Source: a virus
Length of the DNA: 64,000 bases
Strand: one strand, 5' to 3'
Virus record (IMG/VR): IMGVR_UViG_3300022177_000062
Location: 10,593 to 74,592 of that record
Both the position numbers and the translations under genes were made by a program. This document shows, in pieces, positions 37,455 to 46,538 of the stretch. Positions within the stretch are counted from its first letter, which is position 1. Each line of letters opens with the position of its first letter. A model generated the notes under the pieces. That model was given only the letters and a program-made list of their open reading frames with translations, made no database searches and was not told the origin of the DNA.

Positions 37455-37749
37455 GCCAGAATACACAGCTTTGGCAGATGTTTTCGGGGAAGCCCTCGAA
37501 CAGGCTCAGGACGGTAAAGGGAAGGAGCGTCATGCAGAGGCTGGCGAGCCCTTTGAAGATCAGATCATCCTCGAAGTGACCCGGCGGCTCCAGAAAAGCC
37601 CCGTGGCCTTCCCTCTTGGCCAAGCCGTGAAGAAGATCTACGAGACGGTCAACCTCGGCGATTACGACGCGATACAAGAGCTTTACGGGGCCATCAACTA
37701 TATCGGAGCCGCCATCATCAGGTACAAGGAACTGTGCAGGGATGCGTAA
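37444..37749 (+). CDS. Hypothetical protein
   Basis: AQDGKGKERHA...ELYGAINY motif. Confidence 0.55.
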   Translation: MDARPEYTALADVFGEALEQAQDGKGKERHAEAGEPFEDQIILEVTRRLQKSPVAFPLGQAVKKIYETVNLGDYDAIQELYGAINYIGAAIIRYKELCRDA

Positions 37750-38404
37750 ACCCCCATTTACTTCTGAACAAGAGCTCGCGGGAATAGTGGTCGAGTGGCT
37801 TCAACATCATCACTGGGAAGTCTATCAGGAAGTTCCAGTGGGATCAGGTATAGCTGATATCGTGGCCAAACAAGGGCGCATCCTGTGGTTGATAGAAACC
37901 AAGCTGAGCATGAGCCTGAATCTTATCAATCAATTGGATGACCGGATCGGATATGCCAATTTCACATCGGCCGCGATACCATCCCGAGTGAGAAAGGCGC
38001 CCCACAAACTACTGAAGGCCCTCGGCGCGGGATGCTTGACCGTTTACCAGCGGGGATTCGGAGGAAGGCCCTATTTAACGGAAACCGTTCACCCCCGATT
38101 CTTCCGCAAAACTCGGGGTATCGAGCTATACGAGGAGCAGAAAACCTTCTGTAGCGCTGGCAGCCCATCTGGCGGTCACTGGACCCCATTCAAGGAAACT
38201 TCCAGGAATGTGCAGGGATATGTGTTTTCACACCCCGGCTGCACGATGAAGGAGATGCTGGGTAACATAAAGTACCACTACGGCACACCAGCGGCGGCAC
38301 ACACCTGCATTGTCCGATGGATAGAGGGCAATGTTATCAAGGGGATCAGGATCGACAGGGGTGAAAGGTCATTGAGACTTTTCCCGAAAGAGGAAGTTCT
38401 ATGA
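37742..38404 (+). CDS. PD-(D/E)XK nuclease-like protein
   Basis: EQEL...QEV...ADIV...IETK. Confidence 0.6.
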   Translation: MRKPPFTSEQELAGIVVEWLQHHHWEVYQEVPVGSGIADIVAKQGRILWLIETKLSMSLNLINQLDDRIGYANFTSAAIPSRVRKAPHKLLKALGAGCLTVYQRGFGGRPYLTETVHPRFFRKTRGIELYEEQKTFCSAGSPSGGHWTPFKETSRNVQGYVFSHPGCTMKEMLGNIKYHYGTPAAAHTCIVRWIEGNVIKGIRIDRGERSLRLFPKEEVL

Positions 38405-38625
38405 AAGATTGTCTTAAATGCAAAGGCTGCGAGCACGACGAAAAGGAACTTATCAAGCATACCTACGAAGTGCTTATCATCAACGATCAAACCGGAAAAG
38501 GCAGGGTGGAAAGGGTTCGTGCACCTTCGGCATCCTTTGTACCATCCTGCCTCGGCGTGGAGTATCCCGAGAGAATAGCGAAAATCCGAACGGAGAAGAA
38601 CGATGGAAATGTGCGAAAGATGTAA
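38401..38625 (+). CDS. Hypothetical Cys-containing protein
   Basis: Coupled ORF; CLKC..C. Confidence 0.4.
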   Translation: MKDCLKCKGCEHDEKELIKHTYEVLIINDQTGKGRVERVRAPSASFVPSCLGVEYPERIAKIRTEKNDGNVRKM

Positions 38626-38824
38626 ACGACTTGACGTTCAAATGCTGAAGGATAGAAGCAACAGGCTCGTGCTTCTGGTAGACAGGATCGCGCGCGCCGT
38701 AGGCATCGAGGAGCCCGACTGGGAGGAGCGGCTTGAAGCGGTCCGGGAATGGGCTGACAAGGAAATTGCGCGCCAGATGATGCCCAAAAGAAAACGACAC
38801 GATGAGGAGGTAAAGGATGCTTAA
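38603..38824 (+). CDS. Hypothetical protein
   Basis: Coupled ORF. Confidence 0.45.
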   Translation: MEMCERCKRLDVQMLKDRSNRLVLLVDRIARAVGIEEPDWEERLEAVREWADKEIARQMMPKRKRHDEEVKDA

Positions 38825-39281
38825 CAAGGTGACTTTGATCGGGTATGTTGGGGGCGATCCCGAGTTGAGATACACGACAGACGGGACCCCGGTATCACAG
38901 TTCAACCTGGCCACGTCGAAGACATGGAAGGACAAGAGTGGAACCAAGCACGATTCCACGAGCTGGCACAAGATCATCGCCTGGAGAAAGCTCGCGGAAA
39001 TCATCGGCGAATATGTCAGGAAAGGATCTCTCCTCTACGTTGAAGGGGAGCTGGTTATCCGGGAGTATGAGGATCGAGACGGCAACAAACGGAAAACCCA
39101 CGAGATCGTAATCAACGATATGAAGATGCTCGGCGGCAAGGACAAGAATGGATCATCGAGTGGATCATCAAATAGGTCATCCGGGCAGCGGTCCACAGGT
39201 TCTTCTGGCGGGCAGTATGGTGGTTCAGGCGATGATGATTTTGTCCATGAAGAGGATTACGGCGACGATGTTCCGCTGTGA
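38817..39281 (+). CDS. ssb: Single-stranded DNA-binding protein
   Basis: NKVTLIGYVGGDPELRYT...WH, Gly/Ser linker, acidic DDVPL tail. Confidence 0.95.
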   Translation: MLNKVTLIGYVGGDPELRYTTDGTPVSQFNLATSKTWKDKSGTKHDSTSWHKIIAWRKLAEIIGEYVRKGSLLYVEGELVIREYEDRDGNKRKTHEIVINDMKMLGGKDKNGSSSGSSNRSSGQRSTGSSGGQYGGSGDDDFVHEEDYGDDVPL

Positions 39282-39367
39282 TTAAGCAAATCATCCAATC
39301 TGGTAGTAATGGGAGGCGAGACGGGATTTCACCACCTCGTCTCCCGACCCCGACATAGAGGAAGTGA

Positions 39368-40093
39368 ATGGACTGGTTTAAGCATTCGACAGGATCACAT
39401 AATGACGCTGATTTCTCCGACGCTTGGGACGAGTTTGGGGATGCTGCACCGACAGTTTTTTGGACAATTTGTGAGATATACGGGCTCGAATTTTCAAAGC
39501 TAAACGATGGTTGGATGACCGTAACCCTGAGATATTTTGAGCGAGAATTGAGAAGAAAATGGAAAAAAACTGAGCAAATTTTAGAGTTTTTTCAATCTCG
39601 TGAAAGAATATACTTTAAAAAAGATGACAAAACCGTATCCATCTTGATTCCTAAATTCCTTGAGATTGCAAGTAATTGGACGAAGCGACCGAAGATGCTA
39701 CCTACAGAGGCACCTACAGAGGCGCCTACAGAGGCACCTACAAAAACAGGCGGGATACGCGCGCGCGAGAAGAGAAGAGAAGAAGAAGAGAATAAGAAGA
39801 AGAGTATATGGGGCAAGCCCCCCTCCACTATCTTTGTCCCCCCCACTCTTGAAGAGGTTACATCATATTGCCAAGAGAGGCGAAACGGAGTTGATCCTCA
39901 GAGATGGTTAAATCATTACACAGCCAAGGGTTGGATGATTGGCAAAAACAAAATGAAGGACTGGAAGGCCGCTGTACGTACCTGGGAAAACAATCAAGGA
40001 GGCTCCAACGGTGGAAACAATCAGCAAAACCCTCGAAGAAGTCTTAAACCGGGTGAGCCAGACCCCTTTGACGGACTTGGAAGGGACTGCTAG
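39368..40093 (+). CDS. Replication initiator
   Basis: DWFKH N-terminus; PPTLEEV...GWMIGKNKMKDWKAAVRTWE C-terminus; internal iterons. Confidence 0.8.
   Translation: MDWFKHSTGSHNDADFSDAWDEFGDAAPTVFWTICEIYGLEFSKLNDGWMTVTLRYFERELRRKWKKTEQILEFFQSRERIYFKKDDKTVSILIPKFLEIASNWTKRPKMLPTEAPTEAPTEAPTKTGGIRAREKRREEEENKKKSIWGKPPSTIFVPPTLEEVTSYCQERRNGVDPQRWLNHYTAKGWMIGKNKMKDWKAAVRTWENNQGGSNGGNNQQNPRRSLKPGEPDPFDGLGRDC
39701..39742. repeat. 3.5 copies of a 12-bp tandem repeat (iterons, probable origin)
   Basis: CCTACAGAGGC(A/G) x3 plus CCTACA, followed by an AG-rich tract. Confidence 0.75.
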
Positions 40094-40673
40094 GGTGAAA
40101 GTGAAAAAGATACCGGAAGACGAACTCAGAACGGCCCTGATAAGGGCAGGTGTCAGCAAAAGGCACCTTAACGCATCGAAGACCACTGTAGACCGGGAAA
40201 GGTGGGCCTTACTTGAAGGGTTCAAAAACGGCAAAAGCTATTTCCTGTATGGAAAGCCCGGCACAGGCAAAACCTACATAGCGGTAGCCCTTATGAGAGA
40301 GTTAGGGCAGTTCTCGCCCGACAATCTCAGGTTTGTCACCATGGCGGATCTACTCATGCGTATTAAAGCAACCTTCGAGAGCAACGCGGAAGAAAGCGAG
40401 GCGAGTGTAATCAGGGAATATTCCACTCGGCCCTGCCTGATACTTGACGATATCGGGGTAGAGAAACCCACCGAGTGGACGCTGCAAACCCTCTATACGA
40501 TCATCGACAGGCGCTACCGGAACATGGAGCAAACCGTGTTCACCAGCAATCTGAGCCTGAAGGAACTTGCGGACAAGCTCGGCGAACGCATTCCATCGAG
40601 AATCGCAGAAATGTGCGGACCCGAGAATATTCTGCACATCACGGGACCCGATAGAAGACTTGAAAGGAGGTAA
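40011..40673 (+). CDS. DnaC/IstB-like helicase loader ATPase
   Basis: GKPGTGKT, LILDDIG, TSN, RIPSRI. Confidence 0.9.
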   Translation: METISKTLEEVLNRVSQTPLTDLEGTARVKVKKIPEDELRTALIRAGVSKRHLNASKTTVDRERWALLEGFKNGKSYFLYGKPGTGKTYIAVALMRELGQFSPDNLRFVTMADLLMRIKATFESNAEESEASVIREYSTRPCLILDDIGVEKPTEWTLQTLYTIIDRRYRNMEQTVFTSNLSLKELADKLGERIPSRIAEMCGPENILHITGPDRRLERR

Positions 40674-40677
40674 CGAT

Positions 40678-41127
40678 ATGTCATGTCCGAAGTGTGGAAG
40701 AAACCATATGAGCCTTGACACGGACGTTCATGGAGTCAAGACGATAAGTTGTATCTATTGCGGATATCAGGAGTCTGATAAATATCCGAGGCGGCCCGGA
40801 GAGAAGGAGAAAGAGTACCAGAAAAGGCTGATTCAGGAAAGCCGTTCGGGGCTGGCCGCCTACGGCATCAAACCCAATCCTAACCCCGTGCCCCAAGGGG
40901 ATTACAGGGAGTGGCTGGAACTGGGAGGGATAATCTGTAGCGGGATGAAACGGAGGAACCTCAGTGCCCAGGACCTGGCCGATGAGATCGGGATATCTCG
41001 AAAGGCCCTCAATAACTATCTCAGCGGTCTGCGTCGCCCGAAGGCAAGCGTCGCCGGGGTACTGGAAGATGCCTTAAACATAACCATCATGCAATTCTAC
41101 CCACAACACAAGGAGGAAGCAGCGTGA
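40678..41127 (+). CDS. Zinc-ribbon plus XRE HTH protein
   Basis: CPKC...CIYC; LSAQDLADEIGISRKALNNYLSG. Confidence 0.7.
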   Translation: MSCPKCGRNHMSLDTDVHGVKTISCIYCGYQESDKYPRRPGEKEKEYQKRLIQESRSGLAAYGIKPNPNPVPQGDYREWLELGGIICSGMKRRNLSAQDLADEIGISRKALNNYLSGLRRPKASVAGVLEDALNITIMQFYPQHKEEAA

Positions 41128-42188
41128 ATATTGAAAGACAGGAATTACTCAAACCGCTTCAGAGACTCATGCCGATAGTCAACGCCCGGTTGAATATGCC
41201 TATATTGTCCAACGTCGTCATGACCACTCTCGAACACGAGATCCAGTTCATGGCTACAAATCTCGATATCACGGCAACCGTCACTGTGCCACACGAGAAC
41301 AGCCAGTTTCTCCGACTCTGCGTTCCCGGAAAGAACCTTCTCGATCTACTTCGCACCCTCGACAAAGACGAAGTGAATGTAGAAGTTGATGGAACCATTT
41401 TGAAGGTCTCCCAGGGCAGATCACGGTTCAGGTTACCTCTGGCGGATATCGAGGAATACCCTGATATCCCCGATATCGAGGCGAACGCGAAACTCTTCTT
41501 CAAGGCCGAAGAACTCAGGGGATATCTTGATGCGGTGGATCATGCGGTTGCAACCGATGAGACCCGCTACACCATGACCGGGTTACATCTAGCGGTTGAC
41601 GAGGACGGAAACATAGCCGTTGTAGCCACGGACGGTTTCCGCATGGCCCTGGTCACGGCGCGCAACCCTTCGCTGATTCTCTCCGACGTTTCCTGCGTCA
41701 TTCCCAGAACCGGGGTTTTTTTCGTCAAGGACCTTCTGGAGGGGGAAATACTCATTGAAGTGGGAAAAAAGATGCTGAGGCTCAAATCTGGCGATACCAC
41801 GGTATATCTACGGCTCATCGAGGGGAACTATCCGGACTATAAGAACGTCATCCCCAGCAATCAGAACGTGGCGACCGTCAAAAGAGAGGATTTTCAACGG
41901 GCGCTGAGGCAGGCCCAGGCTATCAAGGGCGAGGGCTTAATAGATCTCACGGTCTCAGAGGGTAAGTTGTCTGTGGCATCAATAGGCGAACAGGCCGAAG
42001 CTACCATAGAAGTCAATGCCGAATATGCCTCGCGTGAGCTTACATACCGGTTCAAAACCAAACATGTTCTCGATGCTATGGGAGCGCTGAAAGAAGACAG
42101 TATGACGCTGGCCCTTCCCGATGCCTACGGAGCGATCATGCTTGCGGAGGGCTCATACACAGCCATCGTCATGCCCATAAGAGGATAA
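41124..42188 (+). CDS. dnaN: DNA polymerase III beta sliding clamp
   Basis: PILSNV, ATNLD, VATDGFRMA, RLIEGNYPDY, IVMPIR. Confidence 0.95.
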   Translation: MNIERQELLKPLQRLMPIVNARLNMPILSNVVMTTLEHEIQFMATNLDITATVTVPHENSQFLRLCVPGKNLLDLLRTLDKDEVNVEVDGTILKVSQGRSRFRLPLADIEEYPDIPDIEANAKLFFKAEELRGYLDAVDHAVATDETRYTMTGLHLAVDEDGNIAVVATDGFRMALVTARNPSLILSDVSCVIPRTGVFFVKDLLEGEILIEVGKKMLRLKSGDTTVYLRLIEGNYPDYKNVIPSNQNVATVKREDFQRALRQAQAIKGEGLIDLTVSEGKLSVASIGEQAEATIEVNAEYASRELTYRFKTKHVLDAMGALKEDSMTLALPDAYGAIMLAEGSYTAIVMPIRG

Positions 42189-42189
42189 T

Positions 42190-42360
42190 ATGCCAAAGAA
42201 ACCCGGTAAGGTAAAATGTGAGAACTGCGATCCCGGCATGATGGAAGCGTTCGCCAAGGATTCCCACTACTGGTATTACAAGTGCACGAACAAGCGGTGC
42301 AAAAAGGAACGGTTGATGCCGATCAACGAGGCACCGGAAGCCGAAGGAGAAGGTCAATGA
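42190..42360 (+). CDS. 56-aa zinc-ribbon protein
   Basis: CENC...CTNKRC; RBS GAGGA. Confidence 0.5.
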   Translation: MPKKPGKVKCENCDPGMMEAFAKDSHYWYYKCTNKRCKKERLMPINEAPEAEGEGQ

Positions 42361-42740
42361 AAAAGATCCCTATTTCTGAGGCAAAGAATTTCATGGAGAC
42401 CAACGGGCTGACCCATGTCGTGATTTTCGGTGTCTATCCTGATGGTTCCCAGTGTGTCGCCACGTATGGCCAGACTCAACAGAACGCGCAGGAAGCGGCG
42501 CGCGCCGGCAACAAGCTCAAGGCACATCTCGGTTGGCCAGAAGACCTTTGCAGGTCCAAACCGCTTAAAAGGATCTGCGGGAACTGCACTTTCTACAAAC
42601 CTGATTATGGCATTCATTGCTTTAACGGCTGGTCAGGCGACGGCAGCGAGGGTTACTGCATGGTTGAGTTTTCTACCCGAGTGAAACGGTCGAAAGAGGA
42701 TATAGCCTGTAGATACTACGAACCCAAACTGGAGGCATAG
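42357..42740 (+). CDS. Hypothetical Cys-rich protein
   Basis: ATGA-coupled start; CGNC...C. Confidence 0.5.
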   Translation: MKKIPISEAKNFMETNGLTHVVIFGVYPDGSQCVATYGQTQQNAQEAARAGNKLKAHLGWPEDLCRSKPLKRICGNCTFYKPDYGIHCFNGWSGDGSEGYCMVEFSTRVKRSKEDIACRYYEPKLEA

Positions 42741-42866
42741 ATGAAAAGGAAACAGAGAAAAGACATTGAACCATGTGAGGAGTGCGGCCACAACAGATGG
42801 AGAACGGTCGTCAAGGGCAAGGCATGGCAGTGCCGGGAATGCGGGGAAGTGAGGGAGAAGAAATGA
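42741..42866 (+). CDS. 41-aa zinc-ribbon protein
   Basis: CEEC...WQCREC; SD GGAGG. Confidence 0.5.
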   Translation: MKRKQRKDIEPCEECGHNRWRTVVKGKAWQCRECGEVREKK

Positions 42867-43318
42867 TCCTCGCCCTGGATTGCGCAACGAAGACCGGTTT
42901 TGCTCTGGTCAAAGACGGCAAGATCATCGAGTCCGGGACCATGGATTTTTCCAAGCGCCGCGGGGAATCGAACGGCGCCATGTTCCTGCGGTTCAGACAG
43001 TGGTTATCCGTCACCCTTCAGCGGACCCCTGGCGTACGCCTGCTGGTTTACGAACAGGCCCATCACCGAGGCGGAGCACCAACAGAAGTAGGTGTCAACA
43101 TGACGGGTCGTGTACAGGAAATCGGGGCGGCAATGGGCATAGAATATGTGCCTGTTGAGACAAGAACCCTTAAGAAGTGGGCTACCGGAAGAGGCAACAT
43201 AGACAAGGAAGCCATGATAGCCGCTTCAGTGAAGTATCTCGGCAGGCAACCGGAAGACGATAATGAGGCCGATGCGGTCCTTCTGGCCATGTATGCTCAC
43301 GAGGATTACGGATCGTAA
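42863..43318 (+). CDS. ruvC: RuvC-like Holliday junction resolvase
   Basis: ILALD...TGF, VYEQ, LKKWATGRGNIDK, NEADA. Confidence 0.85.
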   Translation: MILALDCATKTGFALVKDGKIIESGTMDFSKRRGESNGAMFLRFRQWLSVTLQRTPGVRLLVYEQAHHRGGAPTEVGVNMTGRVQEIGAAMGIEYVPVETRTLKKWATGRGNIDKEAMIAASVKYLGRQPEDDNEADAVLLAMYAHEDYGS

Positions 43319-43412
43319 ATTTTCCATCTTGAATTCGCCCTGCTTTGTTGTATAATTTCTATGGGCACGATAGACGAAACCACCTGCAGGTGCAGGTAGA
43401 GGAGCGTTCATC

Positions 43413-43559
43413 GTGCCCAAAAAGTCTTACATCATCGACAAGAAATCCAGGAACGGATCCCCGTCAAAAGAACTTTCCCCCTGTACCAACTGCGGCAAAC
43501 GACCTACCTGCAGGAAGATCTGCGAGAAGCTGAACGATCTTTTGAAGGACTGCGAATGA
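43413..43559 (+). CDS. 48-aa Cys-rich protein
   Basis: GTG start with SD; CTNC...CRKIC; ATGA overlap with next gene. Confidence 0.45.
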   Translation: MPKKSYIIDKKSRNGSPSKELSPCTNCGKRPTCRKICEKLNDLLKDCE

Positions 43560-43816
43560 CCAAGCCGGAAGCGCGCATGTTAATGGAAAGAGCCAGTGAA
43601 GGCGATCCCGAAGCCTTTCGGGAACTTTTCATGGCGGTTCAGTTCCGCGAGGCCATGGAACAGATCTTTAATACTCACGAGCTGCGCGCCGCCCTTATCA
43701 TCATCGGCCGCCACTACGGCGGGGCCAAGTGCACAGAATTGAGCGAGACATTCAAGACGAACCGTATGGACATATGGAGGATCCTGCGCAATGCCCAGAA
43801 TACAGCAAATAACTAA
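43556..43816 (+). CDS. Miniature ECF-sigma-like protein
   Basis: LMERASEGDPEAFRELF joined to a region-4-like HTH. Confidence 0.45.
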   Translation: MTKPEARMLMERASEGDPEAFRELFMAVQFREAMEQIFNTHELRAALIIIGRHYGGAKCTELSETFKTNRMDIWRILRNAQNTANN

Positions 43817-44087
43817 GACCCACAGATCCGCCAGGTATCTTGACTTCATCCGCCAACAGCCTTGTGTGGTGTCCGGATTCTGCGCGGTTGTCGCCCATCA
43901 TACCAGTAAGGCGGGCGTGGCCTTGAAGGGTAGCGATTACCTCACAGTGCCCCTTACACCCGAGCTGCACAGCGAGCTGCACACGATAGGACAGGAATCA
44001 TTTCAGCGCAAATACAATGTCGATTTTTCTGTGTGCATTACCCGTCTCTTGTCGGCCTACGTGAACGGACTGGAGGGAAATAACTAA
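43791..44087 (+). CDS. DUF968/HNH-like protein
   Basis: YLDFIRQQPCVVSG...AHH...TVPL...H.ELH. Confidence 0.65.
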   Translation: MPRIQQITKTHRSARYLDFIRQQPCVVSGFCAVVAHHTSKAGVALKGSDYLTVPLTPELHSELHTIGQESFQRKYNVDFSVCITRLLSAYVNGLEGNN

Positions 44088-44443
44088 TGGCAGACCTACT
44101 GGATAATTTCTGGCGCGAGTTCCGAACTGGAAAGTGCTGGCCGTCGACGGGGGAATACCTGCAGGGTCTGATTTTCATCAAGCCGACGAAGAAAGACATG
44201 TCTGATATCTACCTGCCCGAACAGGAGCCCGAGCTGAGTTATCAGAACCTGCCAAGATCCGGCAGTACCTATTGGCTTGAAACTATCTTTCCGCCGCCGT
44301 GGTTTCGTCATGCCATGGCCGAGGAGAACATGATTTGCGCCGATCCGGTTGAGATCCTGAAACAATCCCGTAAGGCATGGAAGAAGAAGCGCCCCATGGT
44401 GAAGATGGTTTTGCGGGGAAAGAGCCCCAAGAAGGGATTTTGA
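44087..44443 (+). CDS. Hypothetical protein
   Basis: Last ORF of the rightward operon. Confidence 0.5.
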   Translation: MADLLDNFWREFRTGKCWPSTGEYLQGLIFIKPTKKDMSDIYLPEQEPELSYQNLPRSGSTYWLETIFPPPWFRHAMAEENMICADPVEILKQSRKAWKKKRPMVKMVLRGKSPKKGF

Positions 44444-44456
44444 CGCTTGTACTGTA

Positions 44457-44535
44457 CCCGCTCTGCTTCGGCATCGGGCTTTAAGTCCACTTCGGTGGCG
44501 GAAGGGGCCGACATGAGATCATGCACGGCCCCTTC
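44457..44535. ncRNA. Three-hairpin structured element (candidate sRNA or bidirectional terminator)
   Basis: Two C(UUCG)G tetraloop hairpins and a 10-bp GAAGGGGCCG/CGGCCCCTTC stem. Confidence 0.4.
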
Positions 44536-44618
44536 GGTTTGATGGTTCCTTAGAGTTTTCTCCTTTTCAGCGCCTGATACCCCACAAAGAGCACGGCCAG
44601 AATAAGCAGTTCCATCTT

Positions 44619-44771
44619 CTACCCCTCTTCCCGAGCTTCGTAGCCCTCACATTTGCCACCCTTCCCGACCACAAGCGGTTTGTCCAGTGGATAGACACAC
44701 TTCTGCCCCTCACGGTTCCACCTACAGGAAGGACTTGCACAGTTTACATTCGTTCTCGCTTTCTCTTCCAT
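44619..44771 (-). CDS. 50-aa Cys-rich protein
   Basis: MEEKARTNVNCASPSCRWN...C...CEGY; SD AGGAG. Confidence 0.45.
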   Translation of the reverse strand: MEEKARTNVNCASPSCRWNREGQKCVYPLDKPLVVGKGGKCEGYEAREEG

Positions 44772-44797
44772 TTCCTTTTCTCCTTTCTTTTCTGGAT

Positions 44798-46114
44798 TTA
44801 CCAGTTTATCGACAGTTCCGGGCTTTCCACGTGATGCAGGTATGGTTTTGTGTATCTCAGATCCTCGTGATCCGCGAACTGCATTATGAGGAAAGAGTTC
44901 TTTGTCTCTTTCGCTACCTTGGTTATGGCCGTATGTCTCAGGCTGTGCGGGCTGATCCTGTGGTCGTTGCTTGCGTTTTTGACCCCGGCCTTTTTCATGA
45001 TCCGGGCAATGGTCCGGCTCACCACGTCCGGCCGGATCCGGTCCCCGTATGCTCCCAGGAACATGGGTTCATCCGGTTTACGACTCGTCGACGACTCCTG
45101 TTCCTGATATTCAAGGAAAGTCTTCAACAGACCCCCCGAGACCTTCTTTTCGATATCCTTTCCTGTGTGCCCTTTTCGCCACAGCTTGACGATATGCGTG
45201 TCATCAAAGGGGAAGAAGTCCCCGGTATCCATGCGAGAGATTTCCACGTCCCGGAGCCCCAGGTAGAGCATGAGCTTAACGATCAGGCAATCCCGAAGGG
45301 AACAACGTGTTTCAGCATAACTCATGAGCGCGCGCGCGCCTTCTTCTGATAAAGGATCCCGGAGAAACGTTATCCGGTTTTTCGGCCCCTTTATGATCCG
45401 CTTGGTCTCGATGCCTACGCGGCGGTACATTTCCCGAACAGGGGCAAGCAGCGCAACGATGGACGTCGCTTTGTATCCGTTTTCCCGAAGCCACGGCACA
45501 TAGTCTTCAAGCTCCCAGGGATCGGCGGGAATAGTTGACAGCCCCTTTTCGGTAAGGTACTGCCTGAACACCTTCCCCGGCCACGTGCTGGGGATCGCCG
45601 GCGCCGCGGTCGACTGGTTTTGCTTCTCTACAGTGGCGCCAAAATTTGCAAGCAATACTTCTTCGTCTTCTTCAGCGTCGAGATAATACGCTTCAAGATA
45701 CTCCTCTTCTTCAATACGTCCTCGAACCCTTTCAACGGCTGCTTCGATTTCTCTTTCTGTTTTTCCTTCATCCTTCAAGACCCCCTCAAGCTCTTTAAGA
45801 GCTTCCCGCTCCTGTGCCGCATACAGTTTATCAAGATTTTCCAATTGTTCAATGGTAACGTCGAGCCCTTGTCTTTCATCCATGAGACACTTAATCAGCC
45901 AATCGTCGCTATTTATGCTTTCCGGGCAAGGCGGAATGATTCCCATGCCTATGATTTCTGTAGCCAGGTCATCCGCGGACCGGCCCCCTTTCCGGAAAAC
46001 CCCCCGTAAGCGGTTTTCCAGAAAGGTCTTGCTGTCATATCCCGCTTTTCCGGCCCGGTCCCTGGAGATACCACCCATGGAAACGACAACGCTGTGTAAC
46101 GTTTTTCTAGCCAT
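44798..46114 (-). CDS. Tyrosine recombinase with an atypical N-terminal domain
   Basis: GLRDVE (R), RKG (K), HSLRH, H...Y catalytic residues. Confidence 0.85.
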   Translation of the reverse strand: MARKTLHSVVVSMGGISRDRAGKAGYDSKTFLENRLRGVFRKGGRSADDLATEIIGMGIIPPCPESINSDDWLIKCLMDERQGLDVTIEQLENLDKLYAAQEREALKELEGVLKDEGKTEREIEAAVERVRGRIEEEEYLEAYYLDAEEDEEVLLANFGATVEKQNQSTAAPAIPSTWPGKVFRQYLTEKGLSTIPADPWELEDYVPWLRENGYKATSIVALLAPVREMYRRVGIETKRIIKGPKNRITFLRDPLSEEGARALMSYAETRCSLRDCLIVKLMLYLGLRDVEISRMDTGDFFPFDDTHIVKLWRKGHTGKDIEKKVSGGLLKTFLEYQEQESSTSRKPDEPMFLGAYGDRIRPDVVSRTIARIMKKAGVKNASNDHRISPHSLRHTAITKVAKETKNSFLIMQFADHEDLRYTKPYLHHVESPELSINW

Positions 46115-46289
46115 GGTTCACCCTTTCATAGTCTCGTTTCATGACCTTTTTTCCGAACAGGGTTGTTTTCTGCTCGTGAACAGGCGGGATAAACTTCTTC
46201 TGTTTTACCGGCTGGTCCCCGGATAGGCTGAATGTTCCCGACAGATCGAAAAGCTGTGTTTGTCCTGATTGTTCTCTTAACGGGTTCAT
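46107..46289 (-). CDS. Hypothetical protein
   Basis: Coupled ORF MNPLREQ... Confidence 0.4.
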   Translation of the reverse strand: MNPLREQSGQTQLFDLSGTFSLSGDQPVKQKKFIPPVHEQKTTLFGKKVMKRDYERVNHG

Positions 46290-46537
46290 TCTTCCATCCT
46301 CACGTTCTTTTTTGCCTGTTCGGGCGTCCACACAAATACCAGCTCCTCAAACCCCTTGTTCAGCACGGAAAACACGTGTTTTCCCTGCTCCATGCCGTGA
46401 TATCTCAGATCAAACGTCCCACCCATGCCACTGTCGGTCCTGTAGGTCTTCCATGTGTGGTACGGGTTCACGACCCCGTTGATCTGCTGATGGATGGATT
46501 GCCAGGCCCTTTTTTGTTCGGAGATTGTGGTATCCAT
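46286..46537 (-). CDS. Hypothetical protein
   Basis: SD AGGAG; MDTTISEQ... Confidence 0.5.
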   Translation of the reverse strand: MDTTISEQKRAWQSIHQQINGVVNPYHTWKTYRTDSGMGGTFDLRYHGMEQGKHVFSVLNKGFEELVFVWTPEQAKKNVRMEE

Positions 46538-46538
46538 G

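Noticed and set aside
42816-42845. GGCAA GGCAT GGCAG run resembling the arrays
   Set aside because: Only three units, inside a credible zinc-ribbon ORF (KGKAWQC); likely coding coincidence
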